Positions 39,414-49,500 of a stretch of DNA of 64,000 nucleotides are shown in pieces; positions within the stretch are counted from its first letter, which is position 1, and every line of letters begins with the position of its first letter. The stretch spans positions 195,388-259,387 of IMG/VR virus record IMGVR_UViG_3300044557_000292, one strand, 5' to 3'. The translations under genes were made by a program, and so were the position numbers. This DNA is from a virus (lineage: Duplodnaviria; Heunggongvirae; Uroviricota; Caudoviricetes). The notes under the pieces are model-generated. The model saw nothing but the letters and a program-made list of their open reading frames with translations. It was not told the origin of the DNA and searched no databases.

Positions 39414-40268
39414 ATGAGGATTATTAAAGCCGACTGCGAGGTAGACTATGATGGACGAGGATCAACTCGCCGTGGTCGCGGTGCTCGTCTACTCATCTTG
39501 AAGGACGACGGCTCGTTCATCATTCACCAGTCAACAGGCGTGAAGCCAGTGAACTACATGTCGAACGTGACATCATTGACAGAATCTGAATCTGTTGGTA
39601 ACCAGACTGTCTTCAGCGTGGAGAGCAAGAACGGTGAGACCATTGACGTGGTTATTTATGAGAAGTACTTCGACTTGACCATACCAATGGAGGAAGATAC
39701 TGCTACTGTTACCGTGAATGGTACGGAGCGGCAACTCCAGGAATGGTTGTCGAGACCCGAGAATTGGAATAAGTACATTGGTGACAATATCGTGTTCATT
39801 GGCCGCGAGTTGAAGACGTCGAATGGATCGGTTGATCTCGTGGGGTATAATTCGGCTATTGACCAGTTAGTGATCGTAGAGGTCAAACGTAAGGCTAAGA
39901 AGAACGATACGTACCAGGTACTCAGGTATCGTGAGGCCATCATGAAAGCGTCTATAGATCAGGAGGAATCATCGTCAATGATCGCTAGCATTGGGAAGAT
40001 GATGAGCTCAACGACCAATAACACTAGTAGCAATATGCCCCTCACTCAGCATAGCCTGTCTGATCCCGAGTGCATGATCGTGGGTGAGACTGAGCATGAG
40101 GGGACCGAGGAGTTCTGCACTGAGCATGGCGTGAGGGTTAGCATCATTGGTTCTAACTGGTGGGGTGCTACCGTTGATTATCCGATCGCATCAAAGACCA
40201 CGTTGATCGGGAAGAGTAAGAAGACGAGAAAGAAAAGCCAGAAAAGTAAAGGAATGTTTAGTATCTGA
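39414..40268 (+). CDS. nucS: Mismatch-specific endonuclease NucS/EndoMS
   Basis: MRII.A.C.VDY.GR, RLLILK.DGS..IH...KPVNYM, GTERQLQ, RE..T..G.VDL, VEVKR, Q..RY. Confidence 0.9.
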   Translation: MRIIKADCEVDYDGRGSTRRGRGARLLILKDDGSFIIHQSTGVKPVNYMSNVTSLTESESVGNQTVFSVESKNGETIDVVIYEKYFDLTIPMEEDTATVTVNGTERQLQEWLSRPENWNKYIGDNIVFIGRELKTSNGSVDLVGYNSAIDQLVIVEVKRKAKKNDTYQVLRYREAIMKASIDQEESSSMIASIGKMMSSTTNNTSSNMPLTQHSLSDPECMIVGETEHEGTEEFCTEHGVRVSIIGSNWWGATVDYPIASKTTLIGKSKKTRKKSQKSKGMFSI

Positions 40269-40354
40269 TTTTCTGTATCGTGGTTCGCGATAACCGGAAT
40301 TATTAAATCTTATATTTTTAACGTCTTCGTGCAACCTCTTTCTAAATTGTGGGT

Positions 40355-42385
40355 TTACATGTACTCGATGTTAATCTTTACATGATTCCATAACCCACTT
40401 GCTGTGACCTGGCATTGCTCAGACGTAATGCTCTTTGATTCCCCAGGATTCACGTCAACCGGATCAATCTTGCACGTGGCAACCAGACGAGGATTCACAA
40501 GGTCAATGGGGTTAAGATTTGGTGACCACGCTTTCACCTCGGCACTGCCTTCAACGTGAGCAATGAGGTCAGACGTATTCTTGAGCGTTGCCGTGACCCT
40601 GCCATCGTGATAAGCCCGATCGCTGACTGTAACAGTGCCCTCATCAATGCTCTCATTTGATGATGACCCGTGCTGGAGGGCGGCCACGACATTCAATACC
40701 AACCATGCGAGGATGAGAATGAGCCCAATACTGATGACAGACTGGAGTAGTCGCCCAGTGATTCCAATGAGCTTGAAGACTCCTCCGAGAAGCTCGCCAA
40801 TGATCTTTAATGGATGGAATCCTACCCCGCGTTGTCCGCTGTTACGCTTCCCATTGCTATCATCATTCTTCTGGCCACTATTCTTACCATTGCCATCGCT
40901 ATTATTCTTATCCGTATCATTGGAATCAGAATCATTCTTATCGTCGTCTTCATCAGGATCGTTCGGATCTTTTTGATCTTCAGCATCTTCTCCATGAAGC
41001 TCGGCCTTAGCCTGTCGTAGGAATGAGTTCAGCCCCTGCTTCCATTTTGGCGTGTCCTGATCTGCATGGGATGGTTCCTGATCGTTACCAGAGTCATCAT
41101 TGCTCTCATTATGATTCTCCCCGTTTTGATGATCATCGCTAGCGCCTGGTCCATCTGATCCATGATCCTGTTTCGAAGCGTTACTACTGCTAGCTGGTTG
41201 ATCATCGGTATCAAAGACGAACTCGTTATTCGAGTCGTCTGGCTCGGAGAGATCATCCATAGACCATACTTGATCATCAGGCATGCCAGTGCTGCTTGAG
41301 TCATCAAAGTAATCGTTCGGATCAATTGAACTGGAATCAACATTGCCAGCATCATTTAGATCAGGATCGTTCAATGACGCTGAGGACATGGTGTCCGGCT
41401 CGCCTATGGTCTCATTACCGATACCGTAATCTCCTCCGAACCCGCCGTCAGCGAGAGCATCGCGTCCACCATCTGATGGCGTCGTGTCATAATCGTCGCC
41501 CGAGAGATCAAATCCTCCTACACCGTTCTGATCTAGTGAAGTAATAGCTGAACCTGGTTGATCATTATCATAGTTATCTGTAAAGAAACCGTTCTCATCT
41601 TGTGATGGGGCCGATCCTACAACTGGGCTCACGATTGGAGACGCGTCCGAATCTTCTACTGGAGATCGATCCTGAGCCTGTTCCGGCATGATGCTATCAT
41701 TATGTGAATCCTCATTAGGATCATTGTCTAATTGATCTTCAATCAGGGTCTTAGCTATTGGCGTCGCGCGCTCAATAGCGTGATGCCGGCGCGTCATTGA
41801 GCTGAGTCCATGTCTTCTCGGCGCCGTTTTCCTAATCGGCCCGGGTGAGGATCCTGTTCTACTAGAGTGGCTCACGATCTGTGGTTCGGAGTTTTCATCT
41901 TCTAGTATGATGGATGCTACATCGTCTATATGGTCATCGGCATCAGGTGGAGTCGGGTCAACGGCGGCTGGCGTCCGGTAACCCGGGTTAGATGGCGTTC
42001 TGGGTAAAGTACTGTTAGCGTGACTACTCTTACCGTTCTCATCGATAGAATGGTTAGACGGCAATCTTGTAGTAGATGCTTGATGATGGGCTCTGGATAC
42101 AGAATGAGTGCTAACGTCACGAGCAGAAGAATCTCTAGGAGAATCTACTCGGCGGCCAGTACCGTTCTGACTAGACGATCTTTGCTGACCCTCATGCTCC
42201 CCATGGCTCACATGATCCACGCCCGCATTGTCCGATTGGCTAGCTGAGCGTGCTACTCTAGTTCTTTCGCTAGTGGTATCGTCCCAATCATCTAACGAGT
42301 ACTGGGCTGATATGGAGTGCTTCCGTGGCTTCCTCCTTGAAGAGTCCCATGACGAGAAGTCATCAAATGAACGTCGTGTCATCAC
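40355..42385 (-). CDS. Hypothetical protein: long disordered acidic region, TM helix, small C-terminal extracellular beta-domain
   Basis: 676 aa, D/S/N-rich, TM near residue ~550, C-terminal domain with two Cys. Confidence 0.7.
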   Translation of the reverse strand: MMTRRSFDDFSSWDSSRRKPRKHSISAQYSLDDWDDTTSERTRVARSASQSDNAGVDHVSHGEHEGQQRSSSQNGTGRRVDSPRDSSARDVSTHSVSRAHHQASTTRLPSNHSIDENGKSSHANSTLPRTPSNPGYRTPAAVDPTPPDADDHIDDVASIILEDENSEPQIVSHSSRTGSSPGPIRKTAPRRHGLSSMTRRHHAIERATPIAKTLIEDQLDNDPNEDSHNDSIMPEQAQDRSPVEDSDASPIVSPVVGSAPSQDENGFFTDNYDNDQPGSAITSLDQNGVGGFDLSGDDYDTTPSDGGRDALADGGFGGDYGIGNETIGEPDTMSSASLNDPDLNDAGNVDSSSIDPNDYFDDSSSTGMPDDQVWSMDDLSEPDDSNNEFVFDTDDQPASSSNASKQDHGSDGPGASDDHQNGENHNESNDDSGNDQEPSHADQDTPKWKQGLNSFLRQAKAELHGEDAEDQKDPNDPDEDDDKNDSDSNDTDKNNSDGNGKNSGQKNDDSNGKRNSGQRGVGFHPLKIIGELLGGVFKLIGITGRLLQSVISIGLILILAWLVLNVVAALQHGSSSNESIDEGTVTVSDRAYHDGRVTATLKNTSDLIAHVEGSAEVKAWSPNLNPIDLVNPRLVATCKIDPVDVNPGESKSITSEQCQVTASGLWNHVKINIEYM

Positions 42386-42481
42386 TACTCCTCAGTACTC
42401 AACAATCACATTCTATAATCTTCCAATATGATCCATTCTATCCATATGTGCTGTCATATGAACCCATGATGAAGATATCAG

Positions 42482-45400
42482 CTAATTCAGGGTTGAATCA
42501 TTACCCATGGATTCGAACTGCTTCCAAGAGCACATTCTATTCCTTCCCACAATCCCCTCATAGGCGATGATAGCATCTTGATCCAGGCTGATCTCACCAG
42601 CCGGAATCATGGTGTCCACATTCCACTTGTATTCTGCCACTTCAGATGGCTTCCGAACGTTGAACCATGCGGGAACAGTACCAGGATGATCTTTGAACGA
42701 CTTCTTGAGCTTCCTCACGGTTGAGCTCTTCTCGAATCCCTCATTCACTCTAACCACGAACGGGACTCGCCCCTCGTCATCAAGTGGCACCTCTTCAAGC
42801 GAATCTATACTCACGCTACCCTCGGGATTGAACCTCCCACGAATCATGTACACGTAGTCTTCACGGGGATACCCTCCAGTGGATTGTTTGATAGACTCAA
42901 CGTTACTACCATTGATCCTGCCAGCAATGGAGCCAGTTAGATCATTGACCTCACATGAATACCACGATCCAGCGCCACTCTTCAGCTTCTTGACCTTAAT
43001 GTTAGACAGGTATCCAATGATAAGAACATCCATCCATTTCCTTCGATGGAACTTTTGATGAGAATCACCGCCCCCATTCTCATCTTCGTCAATAGTACTA
43101 GCAGTTATGGAGTCAAGACTGTCCACATGCACATAATTGTCTGAATCAGGGGTATTGCCCGCGAGGAAGTCAAGCCCATTCCCGATGTGATCCATTGGAT
43201 CGCCAGATGCGGTCATCCCTAGATCGTTTGACTCCCTAGCAAGCCGGTCAAGCCATGGAAGCTCACGCACGTCTGGAAGGACTGATGATACTGATTGAGA
43301 TTCCCCCGAGTCAAGAGCAGACTCGAAGAGTGATCCTGCCATCTTACTCTTCGTCATTCTCCTATCCTTCTCGAACTTGACGATGTCCTTGGCTGCAATG
43401 GACACCTTCTGCCTACCGACGCCAAGGCACTCGAATGCCCCAACATCGGCAAGACTCTGGATGACCTTGATCTTGAGAACATCGTTGCTGGCAGATCTCA
43501 GGAACTCGTCAAGACTCTTGAACGATCCCCCATTCTTTCGTCTCGTCTTCACGATCTCATTGCCAACATTATCCCCAATCCCCTTGATCATACTGAATCC
43601 AAAGATCACGTCAGGATCATCATCTCGTATCTTGACCGACGGGCTGATGCCGGGGCCACTCTCATTGACGCTGATCGGACCGATCTTGAGTCCATTCCTC
43701 TTCAATGACTGGTATAGGGCGTAGAATTGATCCTTATTCCCGATCTTTGAGGTCATGAGCGCAGAGTAGAATTCTGATGGGTAATGACACTTAAGGTAGG
43801 CCGTCTCATAGGCGACTATACCATACGAGACCGCGTGCGACTTGTTGAATCCGTAGGACGCGAACGCCTGGATGTCAGACCACAGCTCCTCAAGATCTTC
43901 CCTCGTATACGGATACCTTACATCTGCGTTCATTCTGAGGGCGCCGTCAACGAACTTGTCATGGTTACGTTCCATCTCCGCTGGGATCTTGTGCCCAATG
44001 GCCTTACGGAGGGAGTCAGCCTCGCCCCTGGAGTACCCTGAGAGTAGTCTCGATATGGTCATGACCTGTTCCTGGTAGACCATGCACCCGTACGTGGGGG
44101 CGAGCACGGACTCAACAGGAGTCCCCCTGAACGCGCGATCAAGATGCTGGTCGATCACGTAGACGGGCTCCCTCTTGTTCTTACGATTAGCATAGGCAGT
44201 ATGTGCTCCTGCCTTCATGGGGCCGGGCCGGTACAGCGCGTTCGCGGCTGCAATATCGTTGAACTCGGTTGGCTTCATGAGACGGAGGAGATCACGCATG
44301 CCGTCACTCCCCAACTGGAAGCATCCAACCGTGTCACCCCTTCCAATCATCTCGTACGTCTCTCGATCATCCATTGGACCGTGGACTAGTTGATCCATAT
44401 CCGGGATGGTTTTTCCACGCTTTTTGATAAGACTTGTTACAGATCTTATGAGATCTTTTGACTGCTTCGATGATTCTAGTGATTCAAGATGCTCATTCAT
44501 GTCCCCAATGTTTGCAAGCGTGCTTTTGACCACATCGAGATCGGAGAGGCTGAGGAAATCCATCTTGATAAGACCGAGTGACTCGCAAGCCTCGTAACCC
44601 CACTGGACCTTACAGTTAGTCCACGGGTTGTCAATAGCCTTCTGCTCGTTACTCTCCCAGCATAGGGGGACGTAATTAGAAATGGGCTCGTCGCACATGA
44701 TGACTCCACAGGCGTGGGTTCCAGTTGACCGGACCCTCCCCTCCAGAGCGGCAGCGCTCTCACCGATCTTAGCCCACTGCTCACCCCCTTCTTCAACGGC
44801 AGCCCTGAAATCGCTCGCCGGCTCCCACCACTTTGATGACGGGTCATACATTGACCTCATGTCTGGGAATCCCATCTCCTGGCTACCCTCGGGTATGAGC
44901 TTGGAGATCTTGTTAACGGTCGATGGGGGCATCCTGTAGATCTTGGCCACATCCCTGAACGCCTGCTTGCATCCGAACGTGCCGAAGGTCACGATGTTAG
45001 CAACGTGATCCCATCCGTACTTGTCACGAGCGTACTCGAAGACCTCATTCCTCCTACTCGCTTGGAAGTCAGTATCCACATCGGGCGGGGATACTCTCTC
45101 GGGGTTCAGGAATCGCTCGAACAGAAGATCGTGGCGGATGGGATCAGTGCGGGATATGTCGAGGTCATAGGCAATCTCACTTCCCCCGACACTCCCTCTG
45201 CCGTAGCCCACACCGATCCCCTTCTCCCTTGCCGCGTTGATGTAGTCCTGCACGACGAGCATGTACTGTATGAAGTCATTGTCAGCAAAGACGGGGAACT
45301 CGGTTGCTATCCTCTTCTTAGCCTCCTCAAGCACCGCTGGAGTGTCACCTGCCCTCACCCTGCGATTCTCGAACCCGTCATTGATCTTCTTCTGGAACCA

Positions 45401-46699
45401 CGATCGCTCAGTCCAACCCTCAGGGATGTCGATCTTTGGACGCAGACCCTTGGTGAGACTGAGGTCATACGGGCCCAGACCAATCTTCCCCGAGTCGATC
45501 AGGGTCTGCAGCTCTGTGGTGATAGACTTGAACCCGTTGCTCACATGATTGAGATCGGTTGCCCCGGAGTGAGCATAACCGTTTCCAGATTCCACCGTCG
45601 AGCTTGCCAAGCCGCCATGAGAGTGGGGAAGACTGCCTGCAGACTCATCTTCTGACCACCAGTCAGCAACCATGTCTGCAATCCTAACCGTGTTGTCCAC
45701 AGCGCCAGGGTACTTGTCATCCGGGAAGACCTCCCTGATTTCATCCTCCGTTTTCAGATAGTAGTCATCACCATCGAATGAGAATCTTGGTCCTCCCTCA
45801 TCATATGACGCATCATCCATATAGATGTTCGAGTCATAGTCACCATTCTGACCAACGATGCCCTCTTTGATGGCCTCCTTCCTAGACTTGCCTCCCTGCT
45901 GGTTCGTCGTGATGCAGAGCATCTCGTCCTGGTGCTTGGCATCTTCAGGAGTGGCGTAGTGCGCATCATTCGTGGCCACGAGAGGGAGGTCGAGATCTTT
46001 CGCCATCTGTACAAGCTGTGGGATGACGTCCCGTTCAAGGGGACGCTTCATGTGATGCTGCATGAGCTCTACGAAGTATCTTCCCGGGAACAGTTCTTTC
46101 ATCCTGCGGGCATAATCATACGCTTCGTCAATCTGCCCGAGCCTGAGCCTCGTCTGTATCTCACCAGATGGACACCCAGTGAAAGCGATGAGCCCATCAG
46201 AGTACAGGGAGAGCATGTCCTGATCAATACGCTGCTTCTTATAGAAGTTCTCACGTTTGAATGATTCGGTGCTCAGCTTGATGAGGTTATGGAATCCCTC
46301 CTCATTCATGGCGAGGAGGGTGAGGTGGAGGTATGCTCCTCCTGCTGACACGTCTAAGTCTCTCTGATCTTCATCACCATAGAAGACTGGCTGCTTCGCC
46401 CGTGCGCCATCCTGGTTCAATGGAGCCACGTATGCCTCCAGACCGGCGATAGGCTTCACGTAGATTGGGGTCTGCTGCTTGCCCTTCTTATTCCTGCTCT
46501 TCGAGAGGTTGCGTGCCGTCTTGATGAGCTCATGGATTCCATACAGGTTACCGTGGTCAGTGAGAGCGAATGCTGTTTGGCCTATCGCAGCCGCCCTCCT
46601 CAAGTGCTCCTCGGGTGTCGCGTAACCGTCAAGGATCGAGTAGTGCGAATGATTGTGAAGATTGACGAACCCTGCCCCGTCTGCTGACATTGAAAACAT
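42482..46699 (-). CDS. dnaE: DNA polymerase III alpha subunit (DnaE1-type, PHP domain appears intact)
   Basis: HNHSHYSILDG, TDHG, NDAHY, GRGSVGGS, FERFLNPERVSPPDVDTDF, KMDFL, ALYRPGP, YQEQ, YGFNKSHA. Confidence 0.97.
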   Translation of the reverse strand: MFSMSADGAGFVNLHNHSHYSILDGYATPEEHLRRAAAIGQTAFALTDHGNLYGIHELIKTARNLSKSRNKKGKQQTPIYVKPIAGLEAYVAPLNQDGARAKQPVFYGDEDQRDLDVSAGGAYLHLTLLAMNEEGFHNLIKLSTESFKRENFYKKQRIDQDMLSLYSDGLIAFTGCPSGEIQTRLRLGQIDEAYDYARRMKELFPGRYFVELMQHHMKRPLERDVIPQLVQMAKDLDLPLVATNDAHYATPEDAKHQDEMLCITTNQQGGKSRKEAIKEGIVGQNGDYDSNIYMDDASYDEGGPRFSFDGDDYYLKTEDEIREVFPDDKYPGAVDNTVRIADMVADWWSEDESAGSLPHSHGGLASSTVESGNGYAHSGATDLNHVSNGFKSITTELQTLIDSGKIGLGPYDLSLTKGLRPKIDIPEGWTERSWFQKKINDGFENRRVRAGDTPAVLEEAKKRIATEFPVFADNDFIQYMLVVQDYINAAREKGIGVGYGRGSVGGSEIAYDLDISRTDPIRHDLLFERFLNPERVSPPDVDTDFQASRRNEVFEYARDKYGWDHVANIVTFGTFGCKQAFRDVAKIYRMPPSTVNKISKLIPEGSQEMGFPDMRSMYDPSSKWWEPASDFRAAVEEGGEQWAKIGESAAALEGRVRSTGTHACGVIMCDEPISNYVPLCWESNEQKAIDNPWTNCKVQWGYEACESLGLIKMDFLSLSDLDVVKSTLANIGDMNEHLESLESSKQSKDLIRSVTSLIKKRGKTIPDMDQLVHGPMDDRETYEMIGRGDTVGCFQLGSDGMRDLLRLMKPTEFNDIAAANALYRPGPMKAGAHTAYANRKNKREPVYVIDQHLDRAFRGTPVESVLAPTYGCMVYQEQVMTISRLLSGYSRGEADSLRKAIGHKIPAEMERNHDKFVDGALRMNADVRYPYTREDLEELWSDIQAFASYGFNKSHAVSYGIVAYETAYLKCHYPSEFYSALMTSKIGNKDQFYALYQSLKRNGLKIGPISVNESGPGISPSVKIRDDDPDVIFGFSMIKGIGDNVGNEIVKTRRKNGGSFKSLDEFLRSASNDVLKIKVIQSLADVGAFECLGVGRQKVSIAAKDIVKFEKDRRMTKSKMAGSLFESALDSGESQSVSSVLPDVRELPWLDRLARESNDLGMTASGDPMDHIGNGLDFLAGNTPDSDNYVHVDSLDSITASTIDEDENGGGDSHQKFHRRKWMDVLIIGYLSNIKVKKLKSGAGSWYSCEVNDLTGSIAGRINGSNVESIKQSTGGYPREDYVYMIRGRFNPEGSVSIDSLEEVPLDDEGRVPFVVRVNEGFEKSSTVRKLKKSFKDHPGTVPAWFNVRKPSEVAEYKWNVDTMIPAGEISLDQDAIIAYEGIVGRNRMCSWKQFESMGNDSTLN

Positions 46700-46742
46700 A
46701 CCTCCGAGCGATCGTTTCCTGTTAGGAGTAATGGTACCAAGG

Positions 46743-46886
46743 GGATGAACCCCGCAACGCGGGGAATACGCAGACAGCCCTCGAGGGCTTCACGAAGATA
46801 GCCGGGACGAACCCCGCCTAGGCGGGGAATACCGACACCGAACCACGCAGCGACCGTTAACGGGCAGGTTCAACCCCGCAACGCGG
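46743..46886 (-). CRISPR. Trailer mini-array of three divergent or truncated type I-E repeats with two spacers
   Basis: Repeats at 46743-46769 (GTATTCCCCGCGTTGCGGGGTTCATCC), 46804-46832 (GTATTCCCCGCCTAGGCGGGGTTCGTCCC) and 46867-46886 (5'-truncated). Separated from the main array by ~220 bp. Confidence 0.85.
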
Positions 46887-46975
46887 ATAGGGATGCTAAG
46901 GCTCGTCTTGTAGCCATCACCCTGAGCGAGGGTGAGTTCGAGAGGTAGTCCGTAAGCAGAGATAACGCAAGATTG

Positions 46976-47010
46976 AGGGCGTAACCAAGGAATAGCTTTA
47001 GTTACGCCCT
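46976..47010. terminator. Hairpin between the main array and the mini-array
   Basis: AGGGCGTAAC...GTTACGCCCT, perfect 10-bp arms. Confidence 0.55.
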
Positions 47011-47102
47011 TAGACGTGTTCTATGACGCCATAGATGCCCCGCTAGTCTCAGTACGTGTTTTTCCACTCACCGGGGTTTCAGGGTGTTAGAACGCAATCT
47101 AA
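47010..47102 (-). repeat. Dispersed ~93-bp element, copy B (interrupts the CRISPR trailer)
   Basis: Reverse complement reads TTAGATTGCGTTCTAACACCCTGAAACCCCGGTGAGTGGAAAAACACGT...GGCGTCATAGAACACGTCTAA. Confidence 0.85.
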
Positions 47103-47104
47103 AC

Positions 47105-48998
47105 GTTTGAACCTTGCAACGCGGGGAATACGGTACTCGTCCCTGATGACGAACCCTCCCCTAGTAGGTTCAACCCCGCAACGCGGGGAATACAATGTAA
47201 CGCGCCGCTTTGGTATTTACACTATATAGGTTCAACCCCGCAACGCGGGGAATACCACCATGCAATATCCGTCCTCTCACCGAACTGTAAGGTTCAACCC
47301 CGCAACGCGGGGAATACCATCGCTCTTCTCATTGAAACCATATTTTATTCCAGGTTCAACCCCGCAACGCGGGGAATACTTATTCATATTCTGGTTTTTC
47401 TCTCGTCTATGGCGGGTTCAACCCCGCAACGCGGGGAATACTCAAGATCAAGACTGGCTGGGCTGTGAGGGTACCCAGGTTCAACCCCGCAACGCGGGGA
47501 ATACTTCAGCACCCTCTCATACGTGGCAGACCCGATCGCAGGTTCAACCCCGCAACGCGGGGAATACTCTTGAGCTTTTTTACCGTTTTTGATGACAGAT
47601 ACAGGTTCAACCCCGCAACGCGGGGAATACTTGCGGACATCGCTCCAAAGATGATCCAGCTTCTGGGTTCAACCCCGCAACGCGGGGAATACCGGACTTC
47701 GCAAACGACGTAAGCGGGCCGGGGTTTAGGTTCAACCCCGCAACGCGGGGAATACAATGGAACCGCGCAGGGGCTTTATACGACGGCCCATGGTTCAACC
47801 CCGCAACGCGGGGAATACGGAGCTGCGCTCAGATGAGGACAAAGATGTGATCAGGTTCAACCCCGCAACGCGGGGAATACGCATGGCCTGGGCAGCATCG
47901 AAGCTTGGACTAGGAGGTTCAACCCCGCAACGCGGGGAATACGTCGTTCACGAGTGCCGGCAGGATACGGTCTATCGGGTTCAACCCCGCAACGCGGGGA
48001 ATACCACCAGTTGTCATGCTCGACAAGGAAGTCCTTAAGAGGTTCAACCCCGCAACGCGGGGAATACGGGGGTTCCTCTCTGGCGCGCACGCCAGCAGGT
48101 AGGGTTCAACCCCGCAACGCGGGGAATACAGTACGAGGCTTTGTCAGTTGCTATCTCAGCATCAGGTTCAACCCCGCAACGCGGGGAATACGGAGAGAAT
48201 TGTAAAAGCCTATAACAAGCGCAATAGGTTCAACCCCGCAACGCGGGGAATACTCCGGCGATGGTAAAGACAGATCCCGGCTCTCGCAGGTTCAACCCCG
48301 CAACGCGGGGAATACGCTGATCCATTTGGGGTCCATCCCGCCAGTAAGTGGGTTCAACCCCGCAACGCGGGGAATACCAAGAGCTACATGAGCAGCTCAA
48401 CTCATGATTCCAAGGTTCAACCCCGCAACGCGGGGAATACGCTCGATCTCCGTCCAGTAGTATCCGATGATAGCGGGTTCAACCCCGCAACGCGGGGAAT
48501 ACCCTGGCTGAAGGATTCAGGATTCTGCTGGTATTCAGGTTCAACCCCGCAACGCGGGGAATACTCCTGGAATCCACTTCCTGATTCCGTCTTCTTGTAG
48601 GTTCAACCCCGCAACGCGGGGAATACCGCATGGAGCGGGAGCTGATTGCCAGCCGGAGTAGGGTTCAACCCCGCAACGCGGGGAATACATCACGAGCTTG
48701 CGGCCACATCTCTCACCGCTGTAGGTTCAACCCCGCAACGCGGGGAATACGTGGGCTGGAGTATCGTCAGATTCTCTCTATGGAGGGTTCAACCCCGCAA
48801 CGCGGGGAATACGCTCGAACTCGATTGCTGGCAGGGTTCGCTATGTAGGTTCAACCCCGCAACGCGGGGAATACTACTCATGAAAGCACAGAACCCGCGG
48901 TTCGTGATAGGTTCAACCCCGCAACGCGGGGAATACAACAGTCACAGATCCCTCATACGCTGATACTGATAGGTTCAACCCCGCAACGCGGGGAATAC
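47105..48998 (-). CRISPR. Type I-E CRISPR array: 30 identical 27-bp repeats (47167-48998) plus one degenerate repeat (47105-47131); 35-36 bp between repeats
   Basis: Repeat on the minus strand is GTATTCCCCGCGTTGCGGGGTTGAACC, with a 62-63 bp period. The leader is on the cas2 side and degeneracy is at the far end. Confidence 0.98.
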
Positions 48999-49149
48999 CC
49001 CTAGGAACGTTGAGACTACGTTAACGATAATCAAGTATTACCATGATTCCTGTTAACGTAGATCAGCATTCCGAACCCTTAGAAAGAGCCCCTTATAACT
49101 CTGTTACACTATATTAAAATATCAAGCATCCGTTAATATGATGCAGATA
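48999..49149 (-). promoter_or_regulatory. CRISPR leader
   Basis: AT-rich non-coding segment between the cas2 stop and the first repeat; contains the inverted repeat CTACGTTAAC (49017-49026) / GTTAACGTAG (49053-49062). Confidence 0.75.
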
Positions 49150-49500
49150 TCATCTGGCATAACGTCTGTACTTACTAGCCTTTGACCAACCCTTCTTTTT
49201 ATACGAGTTATCCTTCTGATCTTGAGTGTTCTTATGAATGATAGCTATGAATCCATCCAAATTGCATTCACGATTATATCCTCTTGAAGTAAAATCGAAT
49301 CCCTGTTCCTTCGTATCGTCTGACCATATCATAATTGATGAGGAATCTTGAGAATCATTAGATTCTATTTCCGACCATATCCCTTCTCGCACTCGTTGAG
49401 TACAATCTCCTACAAATACTCCAGTATTCACCTCAAGGAGAAATCTTGACACGTATCCTCTGAGTTGAGATGGGATTTTTGACATAACGAGGACAATCAT
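49150..49500 (-). CDS. cas2: Type I-E Cas2
   Basis: MIVLV...P..LRG.VSRFLLEVNTGVFVG...RVRE.IW...EQGF...DG. Confidence 0.95.
   Translation of the reverse strand: MIVLVMSKIPSQLRGYVSRFLLEVNTGVFVGDCTQRVREGIWSEIESNDSQDSSSIMIWSDDTKEQGFDFTSRGYNRECNLDGFIAIIHKNTQDQKDNSYKKKGWSKASKYRRYAR

Noticed and set aside
45460-45670. ~70-aa insertion in DnaE after the PHP domain considered as a possible intein
   Set aside because: No block A start or HN/C-S-T end, and the usual DnaE intein site (YGCMVYQEQ) is uninterrupted.
47260-48963. Multiple short ORFs across the CRISPR array
   Set aside because: They are translations of repeats and spacers (recurring VQPRNAGNT / FNPATRGI), not genes.
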